Positions 53,756-63,088 of a DNA stretch of 64,000 bases are shown here, piece after piece (positions within the stretch are counted from its first letter, which is position 1; each line of letters begins with the position of its first letter). Origin of the DNA: Patescibacteria group bacterium (GTDB lineage: Bacteria; Patescibacteriota; Patescibacteriia; Patescibacteriales; UBA12465); assembly GCA_050949525.1 (NCBI GenBank), contig JBMNFW010000001.1:207890-271889 (forward strand). Direction: 5' to 3'. The notes under the pieces are model-generated. The model was not told the origin of the DNA. It made no database searches and was given only the letters and a program-made list of their open reading frames with translations. The translations under genes were made by a program, and so were the position numbers.

Positions 53756-54208
53756 ATGATTGAAGGTCTTTTAATTAAGAAAATAAATCAATATCATGAT
53801 GACCGAGGTTGGCTAGGAGAGGTTTATCGCCAAGATGAAGGTGATTATCGTCCTGCTATGGCTTATATTAGTATGACTAAACCGGGAGTGATAAGAGGTC
53901 CTCATGAACATAAATTTCAAAGCGACGCTTTTGTTTTTTTAGGTCCCGGATCTTTTGAGCTACATCTTTGGGATGGAAGAGATAATAGTTCTAGTAAGGG
54001 AAAATATTTAAAGATAGAGGTGGGGGAAAATAATCCATCATTAGTGATAGTGCCACCGGGGGTGGTTCATGGTTACAAGGCTATTGGTGATAAAGATGCT
54101 TATTGTTTAAACTTGCCTGATAAATTATATAAGGGGGAGAATAAATTAGAAGAAGTTGATGAAATTCGTTGGGAGGAAGATCCTAATTCGCCTTATAAAA
54201 TAAATTAA
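53756..54208 (+). CDS. rfbC: dTDP-4-dehydrorhamnose 3,5-epimerase (short form)
   Basis: Cupin fold with D.RG...E, RG.H.H and VP.G..HG motifs. First gene of the rfbCBDA block. Confidence 0.8.
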   Translation: MIEGLLIKKINQYHDDRGWLGEVYRQDEGDYRPAMAYISMTKPGVIRGPHEHKFQSDAFVFLGPGSFELHLWDGRDNSSSKGKYLKIEVGENNPSLVIVPPGVVHGYKAIGDKDAYCLNLPDKLYKGENKLEEVDEIRWEEDPNSPYKIN

Positions 54209-54212
54209 AATT

Positions 54213-55181
54213 ATGAAGATATTAGTAACCGGTGGAGCTGGCTTTATTGGCTCCAATTTTATTAGACAATGGCTTAAGAATAATCCAAATGATCAGATTG
54301 TTAATTTAGATAAATTAACCTATGCTGGTAATTTAGAAAATTTAAGCGATTTAGATTCTCAAGATAATTATAGCTTTGTTCAGGGGGATATTTGTGATTC
54401 TGATTTAGTTCAGAGTTTAGTAGATGATATTGATCTTATAGTTCATTTTGCGGCTGAAAGTCATGTTGATAGGTCTATTAAGAATAGCTTTGATTTTATC
54501 AAAACTAATGTTGAAGGAACTCAGGTTCTTTTAGAGGCGGCTAAAAATAAAGGGGGAGTAAGATTTCATCATGTTTCTACTGATGAGGTTTTTGGTTCAT
54601 TGGAACTAGGTCAAGCTAAATTTAATGAAAAAACACCTTATGATCCTCGTTCTCCTTATAGTGCGTCTAAAGCTGCTTCTGATCATCTTGTTCGAGCTTA
54701 TTTCCATACTCATCAAGTTCCGATTACCATCTCTAATTGCTCAAATAATTATGGTCCTTATCAATTTCCGGAAAAATTAATTCCCCTCTTTATCACTAAT
54801 TTGATTGAAGGAAAGGATTTGCCAGTTTATGGTCAAGGTTTAAATATTCGTGATTGGATACATGTTGATGATCATAATCGAGGAGTAGAAATGATTATTA
54901 AAAAAGGAAAAATTGGTGAGACTTATTGCTTAGGAGCTAATCATGAGCTTAGTAATATTAAAATTACTAAAACAATTTTAAATTTAATGGGACAAGGAGA
55001 AGATAAAATTAAATATGTTAGTGATCGTTTAGGACACGATTTTAGATATGCCATTGATGCCTCTAAAGCTCAAAATGAACTAGCTTGGTCACCTGAAATT
55101 AAGTTTATTGATGGTTTACAGGCTACGATTCAATGGTATCAAGATAATCCTAGTTGGTGGAAGAAATTAAAAAATAATTAA
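54213..55181 (+). CDS. rfbB: dTDP-glucose 4,6-dehydratase
   Basis: GGAGFIGSNF Rossmann motif, STDEVFG, YSASKAASDH (YxxxK), DKLTYAGN. Confidence 0.95.
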   Translation: MKILVTGGAGFIGSNFIRQWLKNNPNDQIVNLDKLTYAGNLENLSDLDSQDNYSFVQGDICDSDLVQSLVDDIDLIVHFAAESHVDRSIKNSFDFIKTNVEGTQVLLEAAKNKGGVRFHHVSTDEVFGSLELGQAKFNEKTPYDPRSPYSASKAASDHLVRAYFHTHQVPITISNCSNNYGPYQFPEKLIPLFITNLIEGKDLPVYGQGLNIRDWIHVDDHNRGVEMIIKKGKIGETYCLGANHELSNIKITKTILNLMGQGEDKIKYVSDRLGHDFRYAIDASKAQNELAWSPEIKFIDGLQATIQWYQDNPSWWKKLKNN

Positions 55182-55183
55182 TT

Positions 55184-56101
55184 ATGAAGAAAGTATTAGT
55201 TTTAGGAGCTCAGGGAAACTTGGGAAGTCAAATAATTTTAGCTTTGGATAAATCTAGCTATGAAGTGATAGCTTGGGATCAAGATGATTTAGATTTAAGT
55301 GATTTAAAATCTATTGTTGATAAAGTTTCTAAACTTAAAGTTGATATTATTATTAACACCTCAGCCTATAACTCAGTTGATTTATGCGAAGAATCAGAGA
55401 AGGAGTTCATTTTAGCCAAAAAAATTAATGGTCAAGCTTTGCGATATTTATCTCAAGCCGCTTTAGAAAATAACTCTATTTTGATTCATTATTCCACTGA
55501 TTATGTTTTTGGTGGTGATCTAATTCAATTTGATATTCATCTTAGTGAGGGATTTTTAAGACTACAAGAGCAAGGTGGATTTACTGAAGATAGTTCACCT
55601 TATCCGATTAATAATTATGGTTATAGTAAAAGATTGGGTGAGATTGAAATTCAAAGATTAGCTAAGAAGGGTTTAAAGTATTATATAATTAGGACTTCTA
55701 AGCTCTTTGGTCCTCCTGGAACTTTTGCTAAAGCTAAAGAGAGCTTTTTTGATTTAATGTTACGTTTAGCGCAGGACAGGGAAGAGGTTCAGGTTGTTAA
55801 TGAAGAATTAAGTTGTTTTACCTATACGCCTGATTTAGCTCAAGAGAGTATTAGATTATTAGAAAGTCAACAGGATTTCGGTATTTATCATATAGTTAAT
55901 AGTGGTCCAGCCATTTGGTATGATGCGGCTCGGGAATTGTTCAGATTAAAAGAGGTTAATACTAGAATTAAACCAGTTTCAGCTGAAATGTTTCCTCGTC
56001 CCGCTAAAAGACCTAAATATTCAGTTTTAGCTAATACTAAACTTCCTGATTTAAGGCCTTGGAATGAAGCTTTAGCTCAATATTTAAAAGAGTATAAGTA
56101 A
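55184..56101 (+). CDS. rfbD: dTDP-4-dehydrorhamnose reductase
   Basis: GAQGNLGS Rossmann motif, STDYVFGG, YGYSKRLGE (YxxxK), RPKYSVL C-terminal motif. Confidence 0.85.
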   Translation: MKKVLVLGAQGNLGSQIILALDKSSYEVIAWDQDDLDLSDLKSIVDKVSKLKVDIIINTSAYNSVDLCEESEKEFILAKKINGQALRYLSQAALENNSILIHYSTDYVFGGDLIQFDIHLSEGFLRLQEQGGFTEDSSPYPINNYGYSKRLGEIEIQRLAKKGLKYYIIRTSKLFGPPGTFAKAKESFFDLMLRLAQDREEVQVVNEELSCFTYTPDLAQESIRLLESQQDFGIYHIVNSGPAIWYDAARELFRLKEVNTRIKPVSAEMFPRPAKRPKYSVLANTKLPDLRPWNEALAQYLKEYK

Positions 56102-56110
56102 TTTTAATAT

Positions 56111-56836
56111 ATGAAAGGAATAATTTTATCTGGTGGCAGTGCTACTCGACTTCGTCCTTGTACTAAGGTCACCTCTAAACAACTTCTCCCTGTTTATAAT
56201 CGGCCGATGATTTATTATCCTCTTAATACCTTAATTCGAGCTGGTATCAAAGATATTTTAGTCATAGTCTCTCCGGAGCAAGCCGGTCATTATTTGAATT
56301 TATTGGGCAGTGGTCGAGATTTTGGCATTCATTTAACTTATGAAATCCAAGATAAACCTGAAGGATTAGCCCAGGCTTTTATTATCGGACAAGAATTTGT
56401 TGGTTCGGATAATGTGGCTATGATTTTAGGGGATAATATTTTTGAAGATGATTTCTCTCAGGATATCAAGAATTTTACTAGCGGAGCTAAGGTGTTTGCC
56501 AAGGAGGTACCTGATCCTCATAGATTTGGAGTGATTGAGTTTGATGAGCAGGGCCGAGCTATTTCTATTGAAGAAAAACCCCAGAACCCTAAATCTAATT
56601 ATTGTGTTACCGGTCTTTATGTTTATGATAATAGGGTAGTGGATTTTGCTAAGAATTTAAAACCATCTAATCGAGGTGAGTTAGAAATTACTGATATTAA
56701 TAGGATATATTTAGAAAAGGGTGAATTAGAGGTGGCGTTAGTAAAGGGGGCTTGGATTGATGCCGGAACTTTTGATAGTTTATTGGAGGCTCAAATTTTA
56801 GCCAAAGAAAAATTACAAGATAATATGATGATATAA
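56111..56836 (+). CDS. rfbA: Glucose-1-phosphate thymidylyltransferase (short form)
   Basis: [17 protein letters not shown]...[17 protein letters not shown]-terminus, LGDNIF, EKP motif. Confidence 0.9.
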   Translation: MKGIILSGGSATRLRPCTKVTSKQLLPVYNRPMIYYPLNTLIRAGIKDILVIVSPEQAGHYLNLLGSGRDFGIHLTYEIQDKPEGLAQAFIIGQEFVGSDNVAMILGDNIFEDDFSQDIKNFTSGAKVFAKEVPDPHRFGVIEFDEQGRAISIEEKPQNPKSNYCVTGLYVYDNRVVDFAKNLKPSNRGELEITDINRIYLEKGELEVALVKGAWIDAGTFDSLLEAQILAKEKLQDNMMI

Positions 56837-56840
56837 TAAA

Positions 56841-56867
56841 AAGGACCTTTAAAGGTCCTTGTTTTTT
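56841..56867. terminator. Bidirectional rho-independent terminator (rfbA on +, 57971-56877 operon on -)
   Basis: AAGGACCTTT/AAAGGTCCTT perfect palindrome with TTTTTT downstream on + and TTTTT on -. Confidence 0.8.
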
Positions 56868-56876
56868 AATGTTTAA

Positions 56877-57125
56877 TCAATCTGGTATTTTTTTAATCAT
56901 TATTGATTTTAGCTCCCTGGTGCAATTGTGACAACCTGTTACTTCTATGTAACATTTGTCCCAGGGCTCTTCTCTCGTTTTCTCTATCTCCTCTTCCGGA
57001 GCTAGAATTAAGAGAAGTGTACTGGTTTGAAAGTCTATTGGAGTGACTTCCAAGCAGTTTCTGCAAAATAGTCGATTCGAAGCCCATTTTGGTAAGGGGC
57101 TTTTCAGTTTTTTCTTTAATTCCAA
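56877..57125 (-). CDS. Possible 82-aa zinc-ribbon miniprotein (TTG start); alternative is a structured RNA
   Basis: CRNC...x33...C-x7-CHNC Cys pattern. The first codon is TTG (reverse complement of 57123-57125 = caa), 9 nt after the upstream stop. The region is G+C-richer and highly self-complementary. Confidence 0.4.
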   Translation of the reverse strand: MELKKKLKSPLPKWASNRLFCRNCLEVTPIDFQTSTLLLILAPEEEIEKTREEPWDKCYIEVTGCHNCTRELKSIMIKKIPD

Positions 57126-57134
57126 TTTTTAATG

Positions 57135-57971
57135 TTATTTTCGGTTTGTTTTTCTTTTTTTCTTTTTTTTAAATATTTCGATTATTTCATCGGAATATTT
57201 ATCAATTAATTTTTTTGCTTTGTCGTCTGATCTTCTGTAGTTCTCGCTTTCCACAAAAACAACTAAATCTGATGAAATGGTGGTATAACCCTTAGCATCT
57301 AGTTGCTCTCGTTTTTTATCTTCGGTATTTATGGTGATATCAAAGGAGACTCGAACAAAATCCGTTTCCCCTTGTTCATTTTTAAAATAGAATTTAAAAA
57401 AGGCATCAATTCCACCGCAATAATCAAGATGAGTATCAACAGCGCTATAATACTCTAAATCTTCACAGCCCATATCTAGTTTTTCCATAATAGTAGCGTG
57501 TAGATCATTAGCAAATTTTTTTTCTGGATCTCTAGCAACATCATATTCTCTATCCTTAAATTCTTCGTTTTTATCGATATCATCTTTATCTTTATCTTGA
57601 TTTTGTCTTGTATAATTATATTGTTTCTGACTTTTTTCAACTATTTCAAATTGTTCATCATTGTATAATTCTGATGAAAATTTACCTTTTTTTCCTAATC
57701 TAGATAATATTTCTTTCTCTATTACATCTTTATATTCTTTTTTATATCGTTTATATTGTTCAGGATGATGTTCTTTGCAATGTTTTAGCATGGCCCGAGG
57801 ATCTTCAGTAAGTTTTCCATAAAGTTTATAGGCTAATATAGGATCAAACATGATTTCTTTATATTTTTCAACGTATAAATCTGAATCAATGTTACCCAAA
57901 TAGTTTTCTTCGACTATTTTTCCGGAACCTCCATCTATTCTTTCTAATAATTTATTTTCGTACCAATTCAT
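57135..57971 (-). CDS. Hypothetical 278-aa cytoplasmic protein, highly charged, with poly-Lys C-terminus; no family recognised
   Basis: Long ATG ORF with the local codon/AT bias, no TM segments. C-terminal alpha/beta-looking region (YYSAVDTHLDYCGGIDAFFKFYF...VRVSFDITIN) then KKKKKRKTNRK. Confidence 0.6.
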   Translation of the reverse strand: MNWYENKLLERIDGGSGKIVEENYLGNIDSDLYVEKYKEIMFDPILAYKLYGKLTEDPRAMLKHCKEHHPEQYKRYKKEYKDVIEKEILSRLGKKGKFSSELYNDEQFEIVEKSQKQYNYTRQNQDKDKDDIDKNEEFKDREYDVARDPEKKFANDLHATIMEKLDMGCEDLEYYSAVDTHLDYCGGIDAFFKFYFKNEQGETDFVRVSFDITINTEDKKREQLDAKGYTTISSDLVVFVESENYRRSDDKAKKLIDKYSDEIIEIFKKKKKRKTNRK

Positions 57972-58017
57972 ATTTTTAAAAATTAATTAAAAGTAAGTGA
58001 ATTATATAATAAAACAA

Positions 58018-59061
58018 TTATTTTGTCAATAAATTTATTTTTTTTATTAAATCATTTTTATCTAGAGGTTGGAAACTAAAATCTATATTAGGTCTTAGTA
58101 TTTCTGGTATTCCACCTAAATTTGAAGCAATGACGGGTCGATCAAGAGCTTGAGCTTCGTAGATAACGGTTGGAGAGTTTTCATAACAATAAGAGGGAAC
58201 AATTAAAGCTAAGCTTTTTTCTATTTCTAGAAAAACTTCATTTGAATTTTTTTGTCCCAATATTTCAATGTTTGATTCTGAGGCGCTTATTTTTTTTATT
58301 TTTTCCAAGAGGGGCCCTTGTCCAATTATTTTTAATGTATAATTTTTATTATTCAATTTTTTCCAAGTTTCAATTAGAAAAATAATACCTTTATGTTTAG
58401 CGATTTGCCCCACAAAAACAAAGCTAGCCTCTGGTTTTAGATTTTTTTTATTTACTATTGGATATGGATTTTTTTGTATTTTGGTGTGACTATTTTTAAA
58501 ATAGTTTCTTTTTTGATGCTCGTTTAATAACCAAGCTGAAGGAGAAATAATTAGAGCGGGGGATTGAGTTAGTTTTCTGGTTAGCTTTTGATACAATTTA
58601 GCTAAAATGGAGTTCAATTTTTTTTCTTGACCAAAAAACATTAAGCCGGAGGGGTGTAGTAGTTGTAAATCATGGAGTATATGATGATGCTTTACTCCTG
58701 TTTCTCTAATTGTCTTAAAGGATAGCCAACCAAAACCCATCAGGTTATTAGATACGATTAAATCAGCTTTTTCGTTTTCTATAATTTTTTTTAGTTGTTT
58801 ACTTTTTTTAAATTGAAAAAAAGATGAAAAATGCCAAAATAATCGATAAAACCAAGTTTTTTTATCAAGATTAAAATATTCAGAATTAATATAATAGGTT
58901 TTAAGGTGGGGTGTTTTTCGTTGGCTTTTCTTGGGCTTGGTGGTAATTAAAATTACTTCATGACCTTGTTGTTGGTAATTTTTAATTAAGGTTTCGCAAA
59001 CTTTTTCAGCGCCACCTTTATGATAAGGATAGTATAGATTGTTGATTATTATTATTTTCAT
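58018..59061 (-). CDS. Glycosyltransferase family 4 (GT-B)
   Basis: N-terminal YYPYHKGGAEK, C-terminal VPSYCYENSPTVIYEAQALDRPVIAS E-x7-E region. Confidence 0.8.
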   Translation of the reverse strand: MKIIIINNLYYPYHKGGAEKVCETLIKNYQQQGHEVILITTKPKKSQRKTPHLKTYYINSEYFNLDKKTWFYRLFWHFSSFFQFKKSKQLKKIIENEKADLIVSNNLMGFGWLSFKTIRETGVKHHHILHDLQLLHPSGLMFFGQEKKLNSILAKLYQKLTRKLTQSPALIISPSAWLLNEHQKRNYFKNSHTKIQKNPYPIVNKKNLKPEASFVFVGQIAKHKGIIFLIETWKKLNNKNYTLKIIGQGPLLEKIKKISASESNIEILGQKNSNEVFLEIEKSLALIVPSYCYENSPTVIYEAQALDRPVIASNLGGIPEILRPNIDFSFQPLDKNDLIKKINLLTK

Positions 59062-60149
59062 TTAAATAATTCTAAGATTTTTTTATTAACTATATTATCA
59101 TCATATTTTTCTAAGGCTAAACGTCGAGCCGCTTGACTCATTTTTTGATGAAGTTCATCATCTTCTAATATTATTTTTATTTTTTCTTTTAGATCAGAAA
59201 TATTTCCACTTTGACTTAATAGACCTGAAACACCGTCCTCAAATACTGCTCGAACCCCAGGAAGATCAGAGGCAATAACAGGCGTGCCACAAGCTAGAGC
59301 TTCGATTAAAACAATACCAAAGGCCTCGTTACTATTAATGGAGGGAAGTACGAGAACTCTAGCCGATTGGTAATTTTTTACTAATTCTTCTAAACTAAGT
59401 TGACCTAAGAATTCGCTTCGGTTAATTATTTTTAAATCAGTAGCTAGTTTAATAAGGTCTTTTTTTAATTCTCCTTGGCCAATTATTTTTAAATTCCAGT
59501 CTAAATTTTTGATCTGACTTAGGGCTTTAATTAAAATATCAACTCCTTTAAAATAGTGAGCTTTATCTAACCCGCCAACAAATAATATAGTCTTATCTTT
59601 TTTTTCGTTTTCGGAGGTCTTAAAAATATTAGTGTTGATAGAAAAAGGAATTTCTTGAAATTTATCGGGATTTTTTTGATAGAAATTTTTTATTTGACTA
59701 TGTTTAATGTAGTCTAGAGAGGCACTAATAATAGTATCAGCTTTTTTAAAAAGAGAGTTTCTAATTAATTTTTCTGGCCAAGAAAGTATTTGGTAGATTA
59801 TGTTTTGTTGCTTAACATCCATATGATAATGGATGATTAGTTTTTTTTGAGGATTTAATATTTTAAAAAGATAAACTAAAAAGCTGGTTCCAAAAAATGG
59901 ATAATGTAGATAAATATAATCATAGTTTTTTAATTTTTTTAATAGAGGCCATAAAATAGCTCCATGTCCTAAACGTGGTTTTCCATTTATTCGAATAATA
60001 TTATTTTCTTCTTTAAGTTCACCTTTATTTTTTATGGTAAAAACAGTGCTATGATGATGTGGTTCTAATATTTTTTGAATTTTTTGAGCGGAGTTTCCGA
60101 TACCGCCCGAGTAGGGAGGGTAGGCGCAAACAACTTGGGCAATTTTCAT
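59058..60149 (-). CDS. Glycosyltransferase family 4 (GT-B)
   Basis: N-terminal YPPYSGGIGN, C-terminal LPSINSNEAFGIVLIEALACGTPVIASD E-x7-E region. ATGA overlap with the downstream GT. Confidence 0.85.
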   Translation of the reverse strand: MKIAQVVCAYPPYSGGIGNSAQKIQKILEPHHHSTVFTIKNKGELKEENNIIRINGKPRLGHGAILWPLLKKLKNYDYIYLHYPFFGTSFLVYLFKILNPQKKLIIHYHMDVKQQNIIYQILSWPEKLIRNSLFKKADTIISASLDYIKHSQIKNFYQKNPDKFQEIPFSINTNIFKTSENEKKDKTILFVGGLDKAHYFKGVDILIKALSQIKNLDWNLKIIGQGELKKDLIKLATDLKIINRSEFLGQLSLEELVKNYQSARVLVLPSINSNEAFGIVLIEALACGTPVIASDLPGVRAVFEDGVSGLLSQSGNISDLKEKIKIILEDDELHQKMSQAARRLALEKYDDNIVNKKILELFK

Positions 60150-60171
60150 ATTTTTGCTATATTATATTAGT

Positions 60172-62055
60172 ATGAATATTGATATTTTAAGAAAACTTAA
60201 GTCTAATTTTTGGTTGTTTTTTATACTTTTTTTATCTATTAGTCTTAATCTGATTTCAATTTTTTATTATCTCTTTAAGATCAATACTTTAATATTGGTT
60301 ATTTCAGGTTTAGTAGCTTTATTTTTAAGCTATTTATTTATTCATTTTAACACTTCTGAGAGTTCTCAGCAAGTTGATAATCAGCCTTTTTCATGGTTAG
60401 AGCGAATTTTGGGAGGCTTAATTATAGTTATTTTTATCTTTTTATTTAGAATTTTAGCTAAATCTCAAAGTTTTTTGGCCATTGATTCTCCTTGGAGTTT
60501 TATATCTCCTTTATTTTTTATTTTATTGTCCCTACTTTTGATTTTAATATTTTTGCTTTTCTATTTTAAGAATAAACGTTCCTATTTTTTTATTTCAATT
60601 CTTTATTTTTTGTTTTTTTCTATTTCTTTTTTTGTTTACGGTATCGCTTTTGGTTATGATCAATTACTTCATCAACGAGCCTTGAGGGAGATATTAAAAG
60701 ATGGTTTTATTTTACCTAAGACTTTATATTATATTGGGCAATATTCTTTAGAATTATTTATTTTTAAAATTTGGCCTTGGTCTTTAGAGCTTTTAGATCG
60801 ATTATTAGTTCCAGTTTTAGCTTCAATTTTAATACCAGCTACTTTAATTTTTAATTTTAAAAAAAGAGACTTTAATTTTATAGTTTGGCCACTTATTTTT
60901 TTATTAGCTGGGATAAGTTCTATTTTTAGTTATACTGTTCCGCAAAATTTATCATTTTTATTTCTTTTAATTTTATTATTTTTTTCTTGTAATCGAGATT
61001 TTGTGGCTGTGAGGTACAATTATTTTTTTCTATTTTCTCTAGTGTTAAGTATTGGCTTTATTCACCCCCTTAGTGGAGTGCCAGCTTTTCTGTTTTTAGT
61101 GATACTTTATGTTTCTAAGTTTAAGTTACTAGGGCATCGTTTAATTAAAGTTTTAGCTTATTTAGGTCAGGTTTTAATTTTGCCTTTACTTTTACTCTTA
61201 ATTGGTGGTCGTTTTAGTATCGGGGTTTTTGATTTTAGTTCTTGGTGTTTACGTTTCTTGGGTCAAGAAAATATTTTTTTAAATGCCGTTTATTTTTTTG
61301 GATTTAATAAAAATATTTTATTATTAATTTTAGCTATAGCAGCTAGTATTTTTGTTTTTAAATATCGACGATTTGATTTAAGGATTTATTATTTTAATTT
61401 TTTAGCTCTTTTGGGGGCTTATGGCTTAAGTTGTTTAATTGATTTTCCTTTTTTAAGTTCAGTAGATAAGAGTAGTTATGCTAATAGGATCTTGATTTTA
61501 GCCGGACTTTTTTTAGTTCCAGTTTTATATGAATTATCTGTTTGTTTATTAAGAAAAATTCAGATAAAGAGTGTGTGTTTTAAGATTTTAGCTTCGATAT
61601 TGTTGATTATTTTTATCTTAAGTTCTCTTTATTTATCTTATCCCCGTAAGGATAATTATTTTAATTCTCGTTCTTTTTCTATTTCTAATTATGATTTAGA
61701 GGCCGTTCGATTTATTGAGAATCATAAAGAAAATGATAATTATATAGTATTAGCTAATCAGCAATTGGGGGCCGGGGCTATTAAAGAATATGGTTTTAAG
61801 AGATATTATGGTCCTTGGTTTTATTATTCTAATCAAACTGGAGGATTGCCATATAGTTATTATTTAAAAATAATAGCTGAACCTAAAAAAGAAACAGCTC
61901 AGCGTTTATTGGCTGAGCTGGGAGCTGATAGTGTCTATTTAATATTAAATGATTATTGGTGGGGTTTTGATAAGATTTCTCAAGAGTTACAAGTTATTTC
62001 TGATCAGGTTTATGATATTGGCTCTGGAAGTATTAAGATTTTTCATTTAAAGTAA
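60172..62055 (+). CDS. Large polytopic membrane protein with C-terminal soluble domain (possible GT-C-type glycosyltransferase/polymerase)
   Basis: More than 12 hydrophobic segments over about 480 aa, then a about 140-aa hydrophilic C-terminus. Start placed at the ATG at 60172 (the ORF track's 60154 start is TTG). Confidence 0.6.
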   Translation: MNIDILRKLKSNFWLFFILFLSISLNLISIFYYLFKINTLILVISGLVALFLSYLFIHFNTSESSQQVDNQPFSWLERILGGLIIVIFIFLFRILAKSQSFLAIDSPWSFISPLFFILLSLLLILIFLLFYFKNKRSYFFISILYFLFFSISFFVYGIAFGYDQLLHQRALREILKDGFILPKTLYYIGQYSLELFIFKIWPWSLELLDRLLVPVLASILIPATLIFNFKKRDFNFIVWPLIFLLAGISSIFSYTVPQNLSFLFLLILLFFSCNRDFVAVRYNYFFLFSLVLSIGFIHPLSGVPAFLFLVILYVSKFKLLGHRLIKVLAYLGQVLILPLLLLLIGGRFSIGVFDFSSWCLRFLGQENIFLNAVYFFGFNKNILLLILAIAASIFVFKYRRFDLRIYYFNFLALLGAYGLSCLIDFPFLSSVDKSSYANRILILAGLFLVPVLYELSVCLLRKIQIKSVCFKILASILLIIFILSSLYLSYPRKDNYFNSRSFSISNYDLEAVRFIENHKENDNYIVLANQQLGAGAIKEYGFKRYYGPWFYYSNQTGGLPYSYYLKIIAEPKKETAQRLLAELGADSVYLILNDYWWGFDKISQELQVISDQVYDIGSGSIKIFHLK

Positions 62056-62359
62056 TGTCTCGACTAAGTTTAGTTAAGTCTTTTTCTATTTGTACTAATC
62101 TAATTCTCATTCGGAAAATTAAGTAGAAAAGAAAAAGCACGGCTAGATAGAAGATAAGATTAATACCAGAAGAAGAGAATCCAATATATTTTAAGAGTTG
62201 ATCGAGAGGTTTGATTAGTATGATTGATAATAAACCTAAGAGCCAAAAGATTAACCAAAAGACAAACTCATTAGAGCTAATATGTTTTCTCTTTTTAGCT
62301 CGGAAGAGTTTAAGGATGAAGAAGAATAAAATTAGTGATGCTAGTATTTGTTGAATCAT
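62033..62359 (-). CDS. DUF2304-family small membrane protein
   Basis: 108 aa, four hydrophobic segments plus a C-terminal amphipathic helix. Classic pairing downstream of a GT2 gene. Confidence 0.6.
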   Translation of the reverse strand: MIQQILASLILFFFILKLFRAKKRKHISSNEFVFWLIFWLLGLLSIILIKPLDQLLKYIGFSSSGINLIFYLAVLFLFYLIFRMRIRLVQIEKDLTKLSRDITLNEKS

Positions 62360-62363
62360 ATTT

Positions 62364-63035
62364 TTATTTACTTATTTTTTTAAAAAATAAATCTTTAATA
62401 ATTTTAAAACTACCAGAAAATTTTTGTCCAAATTCGGAATAAAGAACAGTGATAGCTACTTCCTTCATTTTTAGTTTTTTTTGATGAACTTTAGCTAGAA
62501 TTTCAGTGCAATGAGCCATGCGATTATTTTCTATTTCTATTTCTGAGGCTACTCTAGCTTTAAAAACTCGAAAGCCACTTTGTGGATCACTGGTTTTGAT
62601 ACCGAAGAATAATCGATTAAAGATTCGGGCTAAAGGCATAATTAAGTTTTTTTTCAGTGGGGGTAAGTCTGATTTTATTTCTAAGAAACGAGAGCCAAAA
62701 ACAATATCTAAATCTTCTTCTATCAGGACTGTAACTAATTTCTTTATTTCTTGAGATAAAAATTGTCCATCAGCATCAAAGTGTACAATAATATCCGCCC
62801 CCTTTTTTAGTGCATATTCATTACCAGTTTGTAGGGCAGCGCCTTGTCCTAAATTGATAGGATGTTGTAAAACTTTGAGTTTATCTGATATTATTTCATT
62901 AGCTACTTGATAGGTTTGATCACTGGAGCCATCGTCAACAATAATTAAGAAATCAACCAAATCAAGTACTTCATTAATTACCTTTTTAATGTTGTTTTCT
63001 TCTTGATAGGCTGGGATGACGCAAAATATTTTCAT
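62364..63035 (-). CDS. Glycosyltransferase family 2 (polyprenyl-phosphate sugar transferase-like)
   Basis: VIPAYQEE..I, VDDGSSDQT, HFDADGQ (DxD-type) motifs. Confidence 0.85.
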   Translation of the reverse strand: MKIFCVIPAYQEENNIKKVINEVLDLVDFLIIVDDGSSDQTYQVANEIISDKLKVLQHPINLGQGAALQTGNEYALKKGADIIVHFDADGQFLSQEIKKLVTVLIEEDLDIVFGSRFLEIKSDLPPLKKNLIMPLARIFNRLFFGIKTSDPQSGFRVFKARVASEIEIENNRMAHCTEILAKVHQKKLKMKEVAITVLYSEFGQKFSGSFKIIKDLFFKKISK

Positions 63036-63088
63036 AAGAAAATCATAACATATTTTATATTATATTCAAATATGTTAGAATTAGTTAT

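Noticed and set aside
56893-57087. 64-aa ATG-initiated minus-strand ORF (MGFESTILQKLLGSHSNRLSNQ…) overlapping the 82-aa frame.
   Set aside because: Its Ser/Asn/Arg/Gln-rich composition is unlike other proteins here, and it has no motif. It more likely exists because the pyrimidine-rich plus strand lacks stop complements. It is kept only as part of the ambiguity discussed for 56877-57125.
57085-57092. CATTTTGG octamer shared between the G+C-richer segment and the IS terminal repeats.
   Set aside because: Only 8 nt match and there is no extended similarity on either side. This is consistent with chance.
56900-57110. Possible tmRNA, SRP RNA, 6S RNA or RNase P RNA in the G+C-richer segment.
   Set aside because: - There is no tRNA-like 3' end or CCA, and no tag reading frame, which argues against tmRNA.
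- There is no GGAA/AGCA helix-8 signature; CCGGAAGAGG on the minus strand does not continue as in SRP RNA.
- There is no GGAAAGUCC-type P4 motif, and the segment is too short for RNase P RNA.
- 6S RNA cannot be judged by eye.

A known RNA family is therefore not supported, though an unknown structured RNA is not excluded.
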